DNA from: Mustelus asterias
Lineage: Eukaryota
DNA: 64,000 nt
NCBI RefSeq assembly: GCF_964213995.1
Contig: NC_135821.1
Location: 10,478,001 to 10,542,000, forward strand
Direction: 5' to 3'
Position 1 is the stretch's first letter. The number at the start of each line of letters is the position of its first letter. This document shows, piece by piece, positions 18,071 to 34,939 of the stretch. The translations under genes were made by a program, and so were the position numbers. Under the pieces are notes generated by a model, which was not told where the DNA came from, did not search any database, and was given only the letters and a program-made list of their open reading frames with translations.

Positions 18071-18811
18071 CAAATCAACGCATGGGGGAGCTATACAATA
18101 AATGGCAGAACCATCAGGAGTATAGACACACAGAGGGATCTGGGTGTGCAAGTCCACAGATCCTTAAAGGTGGCAGCACAGGTGGAAAAGGTGGTGAAGG
18201 CATATGGCATGCTTGCCTTTATTGGACAGGGCATAGAATATAAAAGTTGGCATATGATGTTGCAGTAATATAGAACGTTGGTTAGGCCACATTTGGAATA
18301 CTGCATCCAGTTCTGGTCGCCACACTACCAGAAGGACGTGGAGGCTTTGGAGAGAGTGCAGAAAAGGTTTACCAGGATGTTGGGGGGTATTAGCTATGAG
18401 GTGGAGATTGAGTAAACTAGGGTTGTTCTCCCTGGAAAGACGGAGGTTGAGGGGCGACCTAATAGAAGTTTATAAAATTATGAAGGGCATAGATAGGGTG
18501 AACAGTTGGAAGCTTTTTCCCAGGTCAGAAATGACAAACACAAGGGGTCACGGGTTCAAGGTGAGGGAGGCAAGGTTCAACACAGATATGCGGGGGATGT
18601 ATTTTACACAGAGGGTGGTGGGGGCCTGGAATGCACTACCAAGTGAGGTGGTTGCGGCAGACACGCTAGGATCATTTAAGACTTATCTAGATAGCCACAT
18701 GAACAGACTGGGAATAGAGGGATACAAACGGATGGTCTTGTTAGGAACACATGATCGGTGCAGGCTTGGAGGGCCGAAGGGCCTGTTCCTGTGCTGTATT
18801 GTTCTTTGTTC
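18071..18811 (+). mobile_element. 5'-truncated CR1 LINE, same family as 1236-3686, nested in a SINE
   Basis: RDLGVQVH, GIEYKSW, RGDLIEVYKIM, YKRMV; GTATTGTTCTTTGTTCT tail; in-frame stop and frameshifts. Confidence 0.88.
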
Positions 18812-19096
18812 TGAAACAGCCTGGCAAAGCAGCACACTCAATGCAAGAGCAATAAGGCATGGGCAACAAATGTTGGCCTTTCTAATACTGTACGAAAGTC
18901 CAAAGATTTGAATTATTATTGTTACATTTATTGGGAGACAGTGAAAAATATTGTTTCTTGCACACTATACAGACACAGCATACAGTTCATAGAGTACATA
19001 GGGGAGAAGGAAAGGAGAGGTTGCAGAATGTAGTGCTACAGTCATGGCTAGGGTACAGAGAAAGGTCAACTTAGTATATGATAGGAACATTCAAAA

Positions 19097-19418
19097 GGGT
19101 GGCACAGTGGTTAGCATTGCTACTTCACAGCACCAGGGATCTGGGTTCGATCCCTGGCTTGGGTCACTGTCTGTGTGGAGTTTGTACATTCTGCCCGTGT
19201 CTCCAAGGGTTTCTTCCGGGTGCTCTGGTTTCCTCCCACAATCCAACGACGTGCGGGTTAGGTGGATTGGCGATGCTAAATTGCCCCTTGGTGTCAAGGG
19301 GACTACCTAGAGTAAATGCATGGGGTTATGGGGATAGGGTCTGGATGGGATTGTGGTCAGTGCAGACTCGATGGACCGAATGGCCTCCTTCTGCACTGTA
19401 GGATTCTATGATTCTATG
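19097..19418 (+). mobile_element. HE1-type V-SINE
   Basis: Full head, V-domain and tail. Confidence 0.85.
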
Positions 19419-20489
19419 AGAAAAGGGGATGATAATATCAATGAACCACTTTGGGAGAACTTCAATGCATTCCCTCTTCCGGGGCAGTTTCTCAGGAGGA
19501 TTGAGATGTAAATCAGATGCTCAGTGAACAATGGTGGCCAACCAGTTTGAATAATTAGGGTCCCGAGAGGGAGCGGGATTTTTTTGTGACCCAAGAATTA
19601 TGGGGGGAATGTGTCCAGTTCATGACAGTTGTGAGGTGCGGGTGAATGTGATGTCAGGGGAGACAGGTCACCGGATTTCGACTCCACGTCAAGATGTACT
19701 TAATTAATTCAGAGATAAGCACCTGTTGCACTTTGCAGAATGGGGGCAGGAGGTCGTCCTTGGAGCCTGCCAGTTCTTGCAAGACCCTAAGATGCAAAGC
19801 CATCTGGTCTAGGGGGCACTTGTCAGCTTTTAGGTTGACTAGCTTTCCCAGCATCCTTTCCCTGGCGATGGCCATTCCCCCACCCCGATCACCTCTTGAC
19901 TTTCAAGAACCTTTGGGACAGTTTAAGGTTCTTGCCTGTGAAGGCAGATACAAAATTCCTGTTCAATGCCTCTGCCATTTCGTTACGACTTTGCTCCATC
20001 TCTAGAGGGATAACATCAGCTTTAATTACTCTATTCAAATACTTGTAGACACTGTCACTGCGTTTTTATATTGCTAGCTAGCTTTCTCTCACTATTTCCT
20101 GCCTCCAGGGATACACAGTGGCTAGCACTTTTGTCATGAATACATCAGATTAGCCAAGCATACTAACTGAAGGGAACATCAATTTGTACTGCATGAGAAG
20201 ATTGGTTGGAAAGTGGACTCTGGTGGACATGTTGCCATGGAGAATGCACCAGTGAACAGTCAACTGCCAAGCTTTTTCAATTCTAATCTGGCTGGACAAC
20301 TGGTTAAGCCCTGGGGAATGAATCAGGCAATTGCCCTCTCCTAGATTTGCATGGAAAAGCTACAGTGGGGATATGCTTCTTCAGTCAATGACAAGCTGGC
20401 CCTTACATGAACACAGCATGTGTAAGAGAGAGACACTTAGCTCAACTGAATCTCAAATTGGCTGCCTAATAGATTTACTCTTTACAATT

Positions 20490-21055
20490 GGTATTTGTGC
20501 AGATCCACCCCGGTGGAAGAATGATGAACAATTTTCACATGTCTTTGTCCAGCAAGAAAGCCCACCAACACCTCTACTCTAAGGCAAAGGAAATTTGGCG
20601 GTCTGCTATGACTCTCACCAACTTAGATGCACCACAGAAAGCATTCTTTCTGGTTGTATCACAGCTTGTTATGGGTCCTGCTCTGTCCAAGACCTCAACA
20701 AATTACAAAGGGTTGTGAATGTAGCCTAGTCCATCACGCAAACCAGCCTTCCATCCAATGACTGTCTACACTTCCTGCTGCCTTGGCAAAGTGGCCAGCA
20801 TAATTGAGGACACCACGCACTCCCACCTTCTTCCGTTGGGAAAGAGATCACGTAGCAACTGACTCAAGAACAGCTTCTTCCATGCTACTGTCAGACTTTT
20901 GATACCTTGCATTAAGTTGATCTTTCTTTACACCCTTGCTATGACTAACACTACATTCTGCACTCTTCCCTTCTCTATGAACAGTATGCTTGGTCTGTAT
21001 AGCGTGCAAGAAACAATACTTCCTGTATAATACATGTGACAATAATAAATCAATT
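20490..21055 (+). mobile_element. Degraded Rex1/Babar LINE 3' fragment
   Basis: Similar to 48090-48620; ends TGTGACAATAATAAATCAA. Confidence 0.75.
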
Positions 21056-21418
21056 TATATTGCATGAGAAAAGATACTGATGGGTGGTGAGTCAGCCAAT
21101 TGGTTAAGATAGCTGAGAATGTACTAGGAACTATTGTGCCCCATACTCACATTGCAAAGAATACATTCCCTCAACCCAGGAATTCTTGTAGATGCTTTGA
21201 ATAGATCCTCGTCACAATGTGAAGAGAGGCATGACTAGGAAAGTTGAAGGCTGGACACCCATACTCCATCCTCCCCTATTGGAAGAGGGGGTCCCGGGGT
21301 CTAATCACTATTGTATTTTGATAATCCAGTCAATCATTCCATGACCTCAAAGTGTGTACAGGAAAAAAAGTATCCATTGTCCGAATAAAGGGCAATAGAC
21401 AAAAATCAGTGAAAGGTT

Positions 21419-21424
21419 TTTATT
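21419..21424 (-). terminator. Polyadenylation signal of ferritin C
   Basis: AATAAA on the minus strand about 120 nt after the stop. Confidence 0.6.
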
Positions 21425-21544
21425 CAATGTCTTGTTCATGCTACAAGTTGTGTCTTCCTGGAGAAAACCAAGTGGTCCAGGTGGAATTGGGAATACACAT
21501 CTCACAGCAGCAAAGCCATCTCCAATCCAATACTAGATGTCACA

Positions 21545-26248
<4,704 letters not shown>

Positions 26249-26344
26249 TTTTTTTCCCACTTCCCAACTTACTCAAGAAAACCTCCGTATTACAAATTTA
26301 GGATGAACACAAATGACCTAAAACTTCACTGGCAAAGGACTCAC

Positions 26345-26996
26345 ATTTATACCCCAGGACCCCCAACACTGGAGTCCTAAACAGGAAATGACATCATCAA
26401 CAATGGCCAACCATTCTTGTTAACAAATCGAACAGCTGCCAATCTTTTTGGCCAACGAAGTGAACTAAATCTAATTAACTCAGGGACGAATCAAAAGGGG
26501 CAGCTCCCAAAAGGAGGGAAATCACCCGAAACAAAAGACAAAGTGGAAAGGAAAATTAAAAGATCAAACCAAAATGTGATTAAAGGGGTCAATAATGCAC
26601 CCCAGTCCCTGCGGGCATGGAAGGCATCAACAGTGCCCTCAGACACCACATGCACCCTCTCCAGGGACACTCAGCCGCAAATATAGCCCCGGTAGAGGGG
26701 CAGATAGTCAGGACGGATGACCCCTTGGTCGCTCGCAGACTGGACCTGTTTATGGCAAGTTTTAGTCGAACAGCTGCATTGTCCAACTGGAATCCAATCA
26801 GCTCAGGATCGGATTTGGGGCCAATCAGAATGTCAGACGAGAGGTTCCTCTGATTGACAACTCAACCATGATGTCATTGCTGGTTGACCTTTGACCTCCC
26901 TCACCAGTGAAAACTTAACACAAAGTGTCTCTACCTGAAAATGAAAAATCATCCTCTAAAACCTCATTTTGAGTGGAGGTATTAAGACAAGCTTGT
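26345..26996 (-). promoter_or_regulatory. Ferritin C proximal promoter, interrupted by a retroelement
   Basis: TATAAAT at 26351-26345; conserved 18-mer at 26379-26396; CCAAT boxes; perfect DR1 TGACCTTTGACCT at 26885-26897. Confidence 0.68.
26440..26765 (-). mobile_element. 5'-truncated Tx1/L1-clade LINE 3' end in the ferritin C promoter
   Basis: 12-bp TSD TCGAACAGCTGC at 26428-26439 and 26766-26777; minus-strand peptides KLAINRS...CLPLYRGY..VSLERVHVVSEGTVDAF..LGCIIDP resemble Tx1 ORF2 C-termini (recognised by eye). Confidence 0.68.
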
Positions 26997-27109
26997 CACA
27001 GACCCCAGTTACATTAATTATTCTGAGGGACTCCTTATTCTAATTGTGTGACAGTGTTAAGAGCCAATTGCATGGGTCATTCCTGTACAGCCACAGAAAC
27101 TGGGAGGCT

Positions 27110-27712
27110 TGGTGGCACAGTGCTTAGCACTGCTGTTTCACAGCGCCAGGGACCCGTGTTTGATTCCTAGCTCGGGTCACTCTCTGTGCAGAGTCTGCAT
27201 GTTCTCCCTATGTCTACGTGGGTTTCCTCCGGGTGAACAAAGAACAATACAGCACAGGAACAGGCCCTTCGGCCCTCCAAGCCCGCGCCGCTCCCTGGTC
27301 CAAACTAGACCATTCTTTTGTATCCCTCCATTCCCACTCCGTTCATGTGGTTATCTAGATAAGTCTTAAACGTTCCCAGTGTGCCCGCCTCCACCACCTT
27401 GCCTGGCAGCGCATTCCAGGCCCCTACCACCCTCTGTGTAAAATATGTCCTCCTGATATCCGTGTTAAACCTCCCCCACCTCACCTTGAACCTATGACCC
27501 CTCGTGAACGTCACCACCGACCTGGGAAAAAGCTTCCCACCGTTCACCCCATCTATGCCTTTCATAATTTTATACACGGGTGCTCCGGTTTCTTCCCAGA
27601 GTTCAAAAGATATGCTGGTTAGGGTGCATTGGCCGTGCTAAAGTCTCCCTCAGTGTACCCAAACAGGCACTGGAGAGTGGCAACTAGGGGATTTTCACAG
27701 TAATTTCATTGC
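27110..27712 (+). mobile_element. V-SINE with alternative tail, with a CR1 3' end inserted at 27236-27577 (minus)
   Basis: V-domain split at CGGGTG, duplicated on both sides of the CR1 piece; CR1 peptide YKIMKG...YFTQRVV. Confidence 0.82.
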
Positions 27713-28421
27713 TGATAAGGTGTTTATTGTGGGTCCGACCAAGTGGGGAATCTTCTGGAAGGAATTTTGTAGGATTATCATTAACTGTATAACTGTAATC
27801 TTGTGTGTTTGAGTTTTCTTTTCTTCTTAATAAATCTTTCACTTTTAATATTAAAGTCCCAAAATGTGTTACTGCTCAGATCAGTCCCTTTCTTCAGAAT
27901 ACAAAAGGAATGAGTAAGCCATGTTTCCTTCTGGAATGTGGTTTGCACGGCAGTTAACAACTGCTGCGGTCATAATAATAGGATGCACGGCAGTAACTCA
28001 CCAAGATCTCTCCGACAGTCCCTCCCTAACCCCCGACCTGCACCACCTGGAAGGGCAAAGGAAGCGAGTGCACGGGAATGTCACCACCTCCAGGTTTCCC
28101 CTTTGAGTCACCCACTTGGATACCATCCACCGTTCCGTCACCATTTCTAGGTCAAAATCCTGCAGCTCCCTAACAGCGCCGTGGGAGCACCTTCACGACA
28201 TGGACTGAAGGTGATTCAGCACACAACATTCTCAAGGGCAGTACGTTGCTGGTGAATCCCACATCTCTAGAATAAATCAAAGGAGAGTGCGTTATCCAGC
28301 AATATTGCAGCATTTTTCCCAGGCCACCGTTTGCCCCTGTGTTCACTGCACCAGCAGTAGGTGGCGCTGAAAGCAAACTTTGTCATCCAATACAGTTCAG
28401 GCAGTATCAATAAGAATTGAA

Positions 28422-29648
28422 GCATTGAATCCCGACAGTGCAGAAGGAGGCCATTTGGCCCATCAAGCCCGCACTGACAACCAGGCCCTATCCTCGTAAG
28501 CCCACACATTTAGCATAGCTAATCCCCCTAACCTACACATCTTTAGACACTAAGAGGCAATTTAACATGGCCAATCCACCTAACTTACATATCTTGGGAC
28601 ACTAAGGGGCAATCTAGCATGGTCAATCCACCTAACCTGCATATCTTTGAACTCTAAGAGGCAATTTAGCATGGCCAATCCACCTAACCTGCACATCTTT
28701 GGACACTAAGAGGCAATTTAGCATGGCCAATCCACCTAACCTGCACATCTTTGGACACTAAGGGGCAATTTAGCATGGCCAATCCACCTAACCTGCACAT
28801 CTTTGGACACTAAGAGGCAATTTAGCATGGCCAATCCACCTGACCTACATCTCTTTGGACACTAAGGGACAACTTAGCATGGCCAATCTACCTAACCTAC
28901 ACATCTTTGGACACTAAGAGGCAATTTAGCATGGCCAATCCACCTAACCTACATCTCTTTGGACACTAAGGGACAACTTAGCATGGCCAATCTACCTAAC
29001 CTACACATCTTTGGACACTAAGGGGTAATTTAGCATGGCCAATCTACCTAACCTACACATCTTTGGACACTAAGGGGTAATTTAGCATGGCCAATCCACC
29101 TAACCTACACATCTTGGGACACTAAGGGACAATTTAGCATGGCCAATCCACCTAACCTGCACATCTTTGGACACTAAGGGACAACTTAGCATGGCCAATC
29201 CACCTAACCTGCACATCTTTGGACACTAAGGAACAACATAGCACGGCCAATCCACCTAACCTTCATATCTTGGGATACTAATGGCCAATTTAGCATGGCC
29301 AATCCATCTAACCTGCATACCTTTGGACTATGGGAGGAATGATGTGGAGATGCCGGCGTTGGACTGGGGTAAACACAGTAAGAAGTTTAACAACACCAGG
29401 TTAAAGTCCAACAGGTTTATTTGGTAGCAAAAGCCACCTCTTTTGCTACCAAATAAACCTGTTGGACTTTAACCTGGTGTTGTTAAACTTCTTACTGTGG
29501 GAGGAAACCAGAGTACCCGGAGGAAACCCACGCAGACACGGGGAGAACGTGCAGACTCTGCACAGACAGTGACCCAAGCCGGGAATCGAATCCAGGTCTC
29601 TGGCGCTGTGAGGCAGCAGTGCTAACCCACTGTGCCACCGTGCTGCCC
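28422..29648 (-). mobile_element. HE1 SINE with about 15 tandem copies of an internal 52-bp unit and a Penelope-derived palindrome at 29340-29499
   Basis: Unit GGACACTAAGGGGCAATTTAGCATGGCCAATCCACCTAACCTGCACATCTTT repeated over about 28545-29325. Confidence 0.88.
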
Positions 29649-30544
29649 ATTCTGCACTGTAAGGTTCCTATGATTCTAACCATCTCACTCGGGATCTGTC
29701 TGTGCTCATCAAAGTGAAGGGTGTTATAGGGACAACATCAAGCGATGCATTCACATAGTGCTCAGGGTGGCACAGTGAAGTGGGGGAGGGGGGAGGAAGG
29801 AGGGGGGAGGGGGGAGCCCTGGGTAGCCTGGGTAAGATACTCTGTCAAACAGTTGGTGTAGACTCAATGGACCAAACCTTCTGCACTGTAGAGATTCTAT
29901 CAAATCCTGTTGCATCTATGAGCCACGATTCTGCCAAATTTCCAAAGCCTACGGCGTAGGAGAATCCTAAAGTTGAAATCTAGGACCAAGAGTGGTGAGC
30001 CGCGGATTGGAGGGATTCCAGGCACCAGGATCAAGACTTTGAGAAGTGCTCGAACAAGAATATTGAAGATGAGCTGCCGTTTCCTCTTAATAAAAAACCG
30101 TCACCATCCTTGAAAATAGAACATGACTTTGAGGCCTGACTTGCAGCTGCGTCCAATAATTCGCAGAGTTGTCAGACGTGTGGTTAATGAGGTCAGAAAG
30201 GATGATTTGTACTCTTGAAATGGAGCTGGGGGGGAAGTGCGCTGTCACCCGTCATCTTCTGACTGAAAATCTCCCCCACCGCTGACTCTTCCGGCACAGT
30301 AACCCCTTCACATCTCACTCCCAGGGGAATCCGCTGTAGGCAATCCCACAACTGTGGGTGGCACGGTGGCACAGTGGTTAGCACTGCTGCCTCACAGCGC
30401 CAGGGACCCAGGTTCGATTCCCGGTCTTGGGTGACTGTAGCCATGCTAAATGGCCCCCACCCCCCTTGCCTCCCCCCCACACATGCATACCTCGAGCCCA
30501 CAATTTACAACCACACTCACGCTATACATTGCATGGATGTTAGG

Positions 30545-31316
30545 ATCATAGAATCCCTACAGTGCAGAAGGAGGCCATTCGGCCCATCGAATCTGCACTG
30601 ACAACAATCCCAAACAGGCCCAATCCCTGTAACCCCACATATTTACCGCACTAATCCCCTGACAGTAAGGGGCAATTTACCATGGCCAATCCACCTAACC
30701 TGCACATCTTTGGACACTAAGGGGCAATTTAGCATGGCCAATCCACCTAACCTGCACATCTTTGGACACTAAGGGGCAATTTAGCATGGCCAATCCACCT
30801 AACCTGCACATCTTTGGACACTAAGGGGCAATTTAGCACAGCCAATCCACCTAACCTGCACATCTTTGGACACTAAGGGGCAATTTAGCATGGCCAATCC
30901 ATCTAACCTACACATCGTTGGACACTAAGGGGCAATTTAGCATGGCCAATCCACCTAACCTGCACATCTTTGGACACTAAGGGGCAATTTAGCATGGCCA
31001 ATCCACCTAACCTGCACATCTTTGGACACTAAGGGGCAATTTAGCACAGCCAATCCACCTAACCTACACATCGTTGGACACTAAGGGGCAATTTAGCACG
31101 GCCAATCCACCTAACCTACACATCGTTGGACACTAAGGGGCAATTTAGCACGGCCAATCCACCTAACCCATACACTTTGGACTGTGGGAGGAAACCGGAG
31201 CACCCGGAGGAAACCCACGCAGACATGGGGAGAATGTGCAGACTCCACACAGACAGTGACCCAAGGCTGGAATTGAACCCGGGTCCCTGGCGCTGTGAGG
31301 CCGCAGTGCTAACCAC
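30545..31316 (-). mobile_element. HE1 SINE with 10 tandem copies of the 52-bp unit (30661-31180)
   Basis: Direct count of units at 52-bp spacing. Confidence 0.88.
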
Positions 31317-31575
31317 TTGAAAACAGGGAACCATAAATGAGTGAAAATAAAATTGTGTTTCTCCGAGAGAGCATTTTGCATATCTTCCAGCTGACGTAAC
31401 CATGGTTTTAGAAATATATTTAAATATATCATGATTTTATCTATTTCCTGTCTGCAGAATCTTACTTCCTGCTTCATGTCTCTGTCACAATTTCTTGTCA
31501 ACTTTATTACCATTATCATTGCCTGTTTCCATGAGTTGACTTTCCACAGTTCTGAGTGTGGAACGTTAATACCAA

Positions 31576-31775
31576 GGGTGGCATTTTCCAGTCCTGCCAG
31601 GGGGGAATTTTACAGTGGTGGATCTTCCAATCCTGCCGATGCGTACGGCATTTTGCGTGACCCACCCCTCCTGCTGTTAGGGAACCCACCACGGGTTGAG
31701 GGGGGAGAGGGGGGAGTGTTGCCTTCAGCAGGACTGGAAAATCCTGCCAGCGGAAAGGGCTGGAAAATCCCACCC
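31576..31775. mobile_element. MITE-like element with terminal inverted repeats (related pieces at about 32270-32398, 38920-39035, 47020-47145)
   Basis: GGGTGGCATTTTCCAG ... CTGGAAAATCCCACCC ends; PIF/Harbinger affinity is inference only. Confidence 0.5.
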
Positions 31776-32399
31776 TCAAGAGTGCTGCTCTTTTTACCTC
31801 CATCACTGAAGGTCTTTCGCCTCCCTGAGTCTATTTGTCTGTAAATATTAGAGCGGGAATCTTACCACCATTCACGCCGGCGGGGAGTTTCCCATCCTGC
31901 CGCAGTGAACGGAGATTTGGCTAGCCGCCAAATTCTCGCTGCGGCGAGAGCGTAGTGTGAACGGCCGATAAGATCATGTCCTACATCTCAAAAACTACTG
32001 GACAGATTTTGATGAAACCTTGTACACAGATGGAGTTTGGTCCAAGGGAGAAATGATTCGTTTTTGGCCAAAATACAAATCTGGAACCTTGAGTTTTTGG
32101 TAGGATCTGTCCTTTCGCATTGGGAGATAGGGTGAGTTGACCTTTTTTTTAGAATGTTGTGGATTGTTCTAGAATGTTATTACGGTTGAATTTGTCAGAG
32201 CTGCCAAAATGTGAGCAGAGTTTTCACAGCAGGTTGTTGGATGTGAATTGGCCTGAAGATACTAGGATACTGGGATTTTCTGGCCACACTAGCCCCAAGA
32301 ACAGACAATCTCGCCCGAGGTCAGCAGACCTTTGCATCGTCCGTTCCCCCCAACCCGCTACGATTCCCATGGCGGGCGGGATGGGAAAATTCCACCCGA

Positions 32400-34690
32400 A
32401 ACATAATGTTGCCCAATTTGCAGATGTGAGCTGTGAGGAGGATGTAGAGATGCTTCAGTGTGATCTGGACAAGTTGAGTAAGCGGACAGATGATTAGCTG
32501 CAGCAGCATAATGTGGATAAGTGTGAGGTTAGGAAGGTAGGTCATTATTTGAATGACATTAGATTGGGAAAAGGTGCCTTCGTACATCAGTCACTGAAGG
32601 TAAGCATGCAGGTGCAGCAGGGGGTAAAGAAGGCAAATCATACAGTGCAGAAGGAGGCCATTCAGCCCATTGAGTCCACATCGACCACAATCCCACTCAA
32701 GCCCTATCCCCATAACCCCATGCATTTACCCTAGCTAGTCCCCCTGACACTAAGGGGCAATTTAGCATGGTAAGAAGTTTAACAACACCAGGTTAAAGTC
32801 CAACAGGTTTATTTGGTAGCAAAAGCCACACAAGCTTTCGGAGCTCCAAGCCCCTTCTTCAGGTGAGCGGGAATTCTGTTCACAAACAGAGCATATAAAG
32901 ACACAAACTCAATTTACATGAATAATGGTTGGAATGCGAATACTTACAACTAATCAAGTCTTTAAGAAACAAAACAACGTGAGCAACTTAGCATGGCCAA
33001 TGCCCCTAACCCACACATCATTCGAACTGTGGGAGGAAACTGGTGCACCCAGAGGAAACCCAAGCAGATATGGGGAGAACGTGCAAACTCCACACAGACA
33101 GTGACCCAAGCCGGGAATCGAACCCGGGTCCCTGGCGCTGTGAGGCAGCAGTGCTAACCACTGTGCCACCGTGCCGCCCTAACATTTACCTGTTAGAATG
33201 GCATGTTAGTCTTCTTAGTGAGAAGATTCAGGTATAGAGGCAGGGATGTCTTGCTGCAATTATACAGGGCCTTGGTGAGGCCACACCTGGAATACTGTGT
33301 GCAGGTTTGGTCTCCTTACCTGCGGAAGGAAGGTAGAGGCAGCGACCCTAAACTCTTTTTCACAGGTATCTGGATCTGCAGCCTAAATGCTGTAAGCTAC
33401 AGGGCTGTGGACCCGGTGCAGGAAGGTGGGATTAGAAAGGGCATCTGGGTGTTCATGTCCTGGCATGGAAAAGATGGGACGAATGGCCGCATTCTGTGTT
33501 GTAACCTTCCTCGAATTCTCCGTCAAGGGAAACAATTTCATTCTGTCCACTCTATCTCCGCCCCTCATAATTTTGTACACCTCTATCGTCACCCCTCAGC
33601 CTTCTTTGTTCCAAGGAAAATAACCCCAACCTATCCAATCTCTCCTCCAGCCTTGACAACATTCTTGTAAACCTCCTCTGCACTCTCTCCAGAGCCATTA
33701 CGTCCTTCCTGTAATATGGTGACCAGAACTGCCCACACTACTCCAGTTGTGGCCTCACCGATGTTTTATACAATTCCAACATTATATCCTTACTTTTATA
33801 TTCTATATCTCTGCCAATAAAGGAGCGCATTCCAACCTTTACAACCTTGTCTACTTGAACTGCTGCCTTTGGGGACCTGTGTACTTGTACGCTAAGGTCT
33901 GGGATGTTCTTGCTATAAGTTGAGTGCAGCGAAGGTTTACCAGATTGAGTCCTTGGATGGCAGGACTGAAGAAACTCGGTTAGGATTATCTTCACTGGAG
34001 TTCAGAAGAGTGAGAGGGGATCTCATAGATATTTATAAAATTCTAACAGGGTTAGACAGGGTAGATTCAGAAAGAATGTTCCCAATGGTGGGGGGGGGGG
34101 GGGGGGGGGGGGTGAGTCCAGAACTAGGGGTCATAGTTTGAGGATAAGGGGTAAACCTTTTAGAATTGAGGTGAGGAGAAATTTCTTCACCCAAAGAATG
34201 GTGAATGTGTGGAATTCACTCCCACGGGAAGTAGTTGAAGCCAAAACGTTGTGTGATTTGCAACAAGAAATTAGATATAGCTCATAGGATCATAGAATCC
34301 CTACAGTGCAGAAAGAGGCCATTCGGCCCATCAAGTCTGCACCGACCACAATCCCACCCAGGCCCTATCCCCGTAACCCCACATATTTGCCCCGTGAATC
34401 CCTCTAACTGAAGCATCCCGGGACACTAAGGGGCAATTTAGCCGGCCAATGCACCTAACCTGCACATCTTTGGAGTGTGGGAGGAAACCGGCGCACCCGG
34501 AGGAAACCCACGGGGCGAACATGCAAACTCCACGTAGCTCCTGGGATGAAAGTGATCAAAGGATATGGGGGGGGGAAGGGGGGATCAGGCTATTGAGCTG
34601 GATGATCAGCTATGATCATAATGAATGGCGGGGCAGGCACGCAGGGCCGAATGGCCTCCTCCTGTTCTGAGTTTCAATGTTCCTTCAACG
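32400..34690 (+). mobile_element. Degraded CR1 with nested HE1, Penelope fragment (32770-32985) and an opposite-strand CR1 (33330-33895)
   Basis: [32 protein letters not shown] pieces separated by insertions. Confidence 0.78.
32826..32870 (-). ncRNA. Minimal type I hammerhead ribozyme in a Penelope-like 3' end
   Basis: CCGCUCAC-CUGAAGA-A-GGGGCU(UGG)AGCUCC-GAA-AGCU-U-GUGUGG: core boxes, stems I and II, palindromic AGCU in place of helix III. Confidence 0.72.
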
Positions 34691-34939
34691 CTTCCTCAGT
34701 AAGAGAGGAAGCTCTTAATAAAAAGATTTTATTTTTAGCTTTGTAGTTACATAACATTAACCAGACAGGGAAAAACCTTAAGGAAGAATTGTGCAATTAT
34801 AATAACATTGAGTTAACACGGCCTGGAGGAGGTATGTCCTCAGCTGAGTGCGATAGAACCATGGAAAAGTAGGCCATTTGGCCCATCTTGTCTATGCCGG
34901 CCTGAGGTCACCCAGGTGCCCTTTCTAACCCCATTTTGG

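Noticed and set aside
26320-26340. CAGTGA as a possible IRE loop in ferritin C
   Set aside because: Flanks do not pair, there is no bulged C, and it lies only about 14 nt from TATA, probably upstream of the start site
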